Positions 58,411 to 60,475 of a stretch of 60,475 bases of DNA are shown here, one piece after another; position 1 is the first letter of the stretch; each line of letters opens with the position of its first letter. The position numbers and the translations under genes were made by a program. The stretch is from an uncultured Clostridia bacterium. GTDB lineage: Bacteria > Bacillota > Clostridia > Christensenellales > CAG-314. Location of the stretch: the NCBI GenBank assembly GCA_947624235.1, contig CANQJK010000002.1, positions 1-60,475 of the forward strand, read 5' to 3'. Below the pieces are notes generated by a model. That model worked only from the letters and a program-made list of their open reading frames with translations, was not told the origin of the DNA and did no database searches.

Positions 58411-59478
58411 ATGAAAAACACAGACAAATTGTTTGAATTGTCCAAGGTTGACGCCATATTGGTGGTGAGCGAGAAAAACCGTATGTATTTTACGGGATTT
58501 GCGTCCACATTCGGATATCTTGTACTGTTGCACGACAACAAAAGTGTGTTTATCACCGATCCGAGATATTATGAAATGGCGCAAAGTTTGCAGTCGGAAA
58601 ACGTGACTGTGGCGCAAATACCCAACGGCATTAGCGCAATGGAGACCGTGGTGGAAATTTTGGCGCAAAACGGCGTCAAGACCGTCGGCTTTGAAGACAA
58701 CGAATTGACTGTAAGCGAGTTTACGTCTATCAAAGAAAAGATGAACGGATTCAAACTTGTGCCCGTAGGGAAAAGTATAAGTTATGTGAGAAGTTTCAAG
58801 AGCGAAGAAGAGATCGACTATATCAAAAAAGCGCAAGCGATAACCGACGAGTCTTTTTCGGAAATACTCAAATTTATACGTCCCGGTATAAGCGAACGGG
58901 ATATCGCCGTCGAATTGGAATATCAAATGGCAAAACACGGTGCAGAAGGACTGGCTTTCGAAACCATAATCGCCTCGGGCGTCAATTCTTCCAAACCGCA
59001 TGCACATCCGACGGACAAACTTGTTGAACTCGGAGATCCCGTAACAATGGACTTCGGCGCAAGATATCACGGTTATTGTTCGGATATGACGCGAACGGTA
59101 TTTGTGGGAGAACCTGACGAGGAACTTAAAAAAATCTACAACGTTGTGTTGCTTGCGCAAAAAATGGGCATAAACAACGCCTATTGCGGTATGGGCGGAA
59201 AAGAGTTGGATTCGTATTGCCGAGAGGTAATAAAATCCAACGGTTATGAACAGTATTTCGTTCACAGCACAGGGCACAGTTTGGGAATAGACATTCACGA
59301 AACGCCATCTGCATCAATGCGTTCGACAGACGTGTTGCAAGCAAAACAGTTTATTACCTGCGAACCGGGCATTTATATCCCGGGATTGGGCGGAGTGAGA
59401 ATAGAAGATCTGTTACTGATCGAGGAAGATAGCATAACAGACTTGACAACATCAGACAAAAATATTATAATTTTATAG
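58411..59478 (+). CDS. pepP: Xaa-Pro aminopeptidase/dipeptidase (M24B, YqhT/PepP-like)
   Basis: '[16 protein letters not shown]', '[13 protein letters not shown]', '[16 protein letters not shown]'. Precedes efp, as in B. subtilis. Confidence 0.88.
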   Translation: MKNTDKLFELSKVDAILVVSEKNRMYFTGFASTFGYLVLLHDNKSVFITDPRYYEMAQSLQSENVTVAQIPNGISAMETVVEILAQNGVKTVGFEDNELTVSEFTSIKEKMNGFKLVPVGKSISYVRSFKSEEEIDYIKKAQAITDESFSEILKFIRPGISERDIAVELEYQMAKHGAEGLAFETIIASGVNSSKPHAHPTDKLVELGDPVTMDFGARYHGYCSDMTRTVFVGEPDEELKKIYNVVLLAQKMGINNAYCGMGGKELDSYCREVIKSNGYEQYFVHSTGHSLGIDIHETPSASMRSTDVLQAKQFITCEPGIYIPGLGGVRIEDLLLIEEDSITDLTTSDKNIIIL

Positions 59479-59503
59479 GATAACATTTGGAGGCAAAAAT
59501 TTT

Positions 59504-60064
59504 ATGATTTTAGCAGGCGATTTTAGAAAAGGCGTAACTTTCTCTTATAACGGCGGTATCTATGTTATTGTAGATTTCCAACACGTCAAACCGGGCAAAG
59601 GCGCGGCGTTTGTAAGAACAAAAATCAAGAACGTCGTTACAGGAGCAGTGCGCGAAGAGACATTCAACCCGTCCGAAAAGTTTGAGTTGGCTCACATTGA
59701 AAACAAGGAAATGGTGTACTTGTACAGTGATGGCGATCTGTATTACTTTATGGATAGTGAATCATTCGATCAAGTTCCCCTCAACAAAGGACAAGTAGAG
59801 GACGCATTGCAATTTTTGAAGGAAAACATGACCGCAACCATCAAATTTTACAATAATGAAGCGTTCTCGGTGGAACCTCCCAACTTTGTTGTTTTGCAGG
59901 TGGTCAGTTGTGAACCTGCCGTTGCAGGCAACACTGCGACAAACGCCACAAAACCGGCTACCGTAGAAACAGGCTACACGCTCATGGTTCCCATGTTCGT
60001 AAACGAGGGAGATATGATCCGTATCGACACCCGTACAGGGGAATATATGGAGCGTGCCAAATAA
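59504..60064 (+). CDS. efp: Elongation factor P
   Basis: '[29 protein letters not shown]', '[21 protein letters not shown]'. Confidence 0.95.
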   Translation: MILAGDFRKGVTFSYNGGIYVIVDFQHVKPGKGAAFVRTKIKNVVTGAVREETFNPSEKFELAHIENKEMVYLYSDGDLYYFMDSESFDQVPLNKGQVEDALQFLKENMTATIKFYNNEAFSVEPPNFVVLQVVSCEPAVAGNTATNATKPATVETGYTLMVPMFVNEGDMIRIDTRTGEYMERAK

Positions 60065-60096
60065 TTGACTCCTCGTCAAATTTTGGCAATGTATTT

Positions 60097-60224
60097 GGCT
60101 CTGTGTCAAACGTTTGAGTTCAGGTAATTCTCTAACATATAATTGAGTTAACCGATCCCTCTCCCTGAGGCAGTATTGCCACAGGGAGAGGGATTCTTTT
60201 ACACCCGCATGCAAGTAGTATTTT
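60097..60224 (+). repeat. Family-B repeat, the most complete unit (128 nt)
   Basis: ggctctgtgtcaaacgtttgag..ctctaacatataattgagtta.., then the 15-bp hairpin ccctctccctgaggca-gtat-tgccacagggagaggg (60157-60192), then attctttta cacccgcatgcaagtagtatttt. Confidence 0.85.
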
Positions 60225-60227
60225 GGG

Positions 60228-60270
60228 GGCTCTATGTCAAATGTTGGGTGTAGGTATTGCCCAAATAAGC
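60228..60270 (+). repeat. Family-B repeat, 5' partial unit abutting the previous one
   Basis: 'ggctctatgtcaaatgttgggtgtaggtattgcccaaataagc' contains the short P1 stem ttggg/cccaa. Confidence 0.8.
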
Positions 60271-60365
60271 ATGTAGACATGTGAGTCAAGAAATCAATAA
60301 AATGAGTGTTTTGGGGATTTATGAAAAGAAAATCAAACTATATACTAAAAACTCGACGATCTCAA

Positions 60366-60475
60366 ATTCAGGTGCCGTAACATAGAATTTTGGCTCTGTG
60401 TCAAATGTTGGGGTGTAGGTATTTTCCCAACATATAATTGAATCGGTTGGATCCCTCTCTCGGTGGCAGTACTGC
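60366..60475 (+). repeat. Family-B repeat: a short internal fragment (60366-60390) followed by a unit truncated by the window end (60392-60475)
   Basis: 'ggctctgtgtcaaatgttggggtgtaggtattttcccaacatataattgaatcgg..ccctctctcggtggcagtactgc'. P1 is tgttggg(60406-60412)/cccaaca(60426-60432). The left arm of the long hairpin starts at 60453. Confidence 0.85.

Noticed and set aside
60097-60475. A CRISPR array, as an explanation for repeated hairpin-containing units (also considered for 43-370).
   Set aside because: The units are 128-149 nt and abut or nest without constant-length unique spacers. Copies are dispersed singly across the window, and no cas genes are present.

Overview
This 60.5-kb window is an almost purely housekeeping, mostly + strand chromosomal segment. 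Its gene order is typical of Bacillota (Clostridia/Bacilli-like). In order, the window holds:
- GNAT and HAD enzymes, then rdgB (-) and alr.
- The ylb cluster: rsmD-coaD, ylbJ-like (-), tmcAL (-), and yceD-rpmF, with a DAHP synthase and pta-ackA embedded.
- rnc-smc-ftsY, then ylxM-ffh-rpsP-KH-rimM-trmD-rbgA-rnhB-yraN, then rplS on its own.
- comM-dprA-topA-trmFO-hslVU-aspS, an RseC-like gene with trxA, and the Rrf2-nifS-nifU Fe-S operon.
- ruvX-DUF1292, then rpsB-tsf-pyrH-frr-uppS-cdsA-dxr-rseP-ispG.
- rimP-nusA-ylxR-ylxQ-infB-rbfA-nrnA-truB-ribF, an Endo IV-like TIM-barrel gene, and pepP-efp.

I recognise no transposase, integrase, cas, toxin-antitoxin, defence or secondary-metabolite genes, and no rRNA or tRNA genes. 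All functional calls come from motif and synteny recognition by eye; no searches were run.

Five things are not ordinary:
1. The canonical polC slot (between ispG and rimP-nusA) holds an intact 548-aa PolC-derived ORF. It has an N-terminal region, an OB-like block and an exonuclease-like block. It has no PHP or polymerase part, and the exonuclease acidic residues are substituted.
2. A dispersed, same-orientation structured repeat family (B) occurs in at least five intergenic spacers: about 22.8, 23.6, 34.8, and 60.1-60.5 kb. It has a long hairpin that shows compensatory changes between copies.
3. A 149-nt tandem structured repeat (A) lies at 43-370.
4. A compact candidate sRNA of about 74 nt lies on the minus strand at about 38.95-39.02 kb, with a consensus promoter and an intrinsic terminator.
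5. A 380-nt unexplained spacer lies between ftsY and its apparent terminator.
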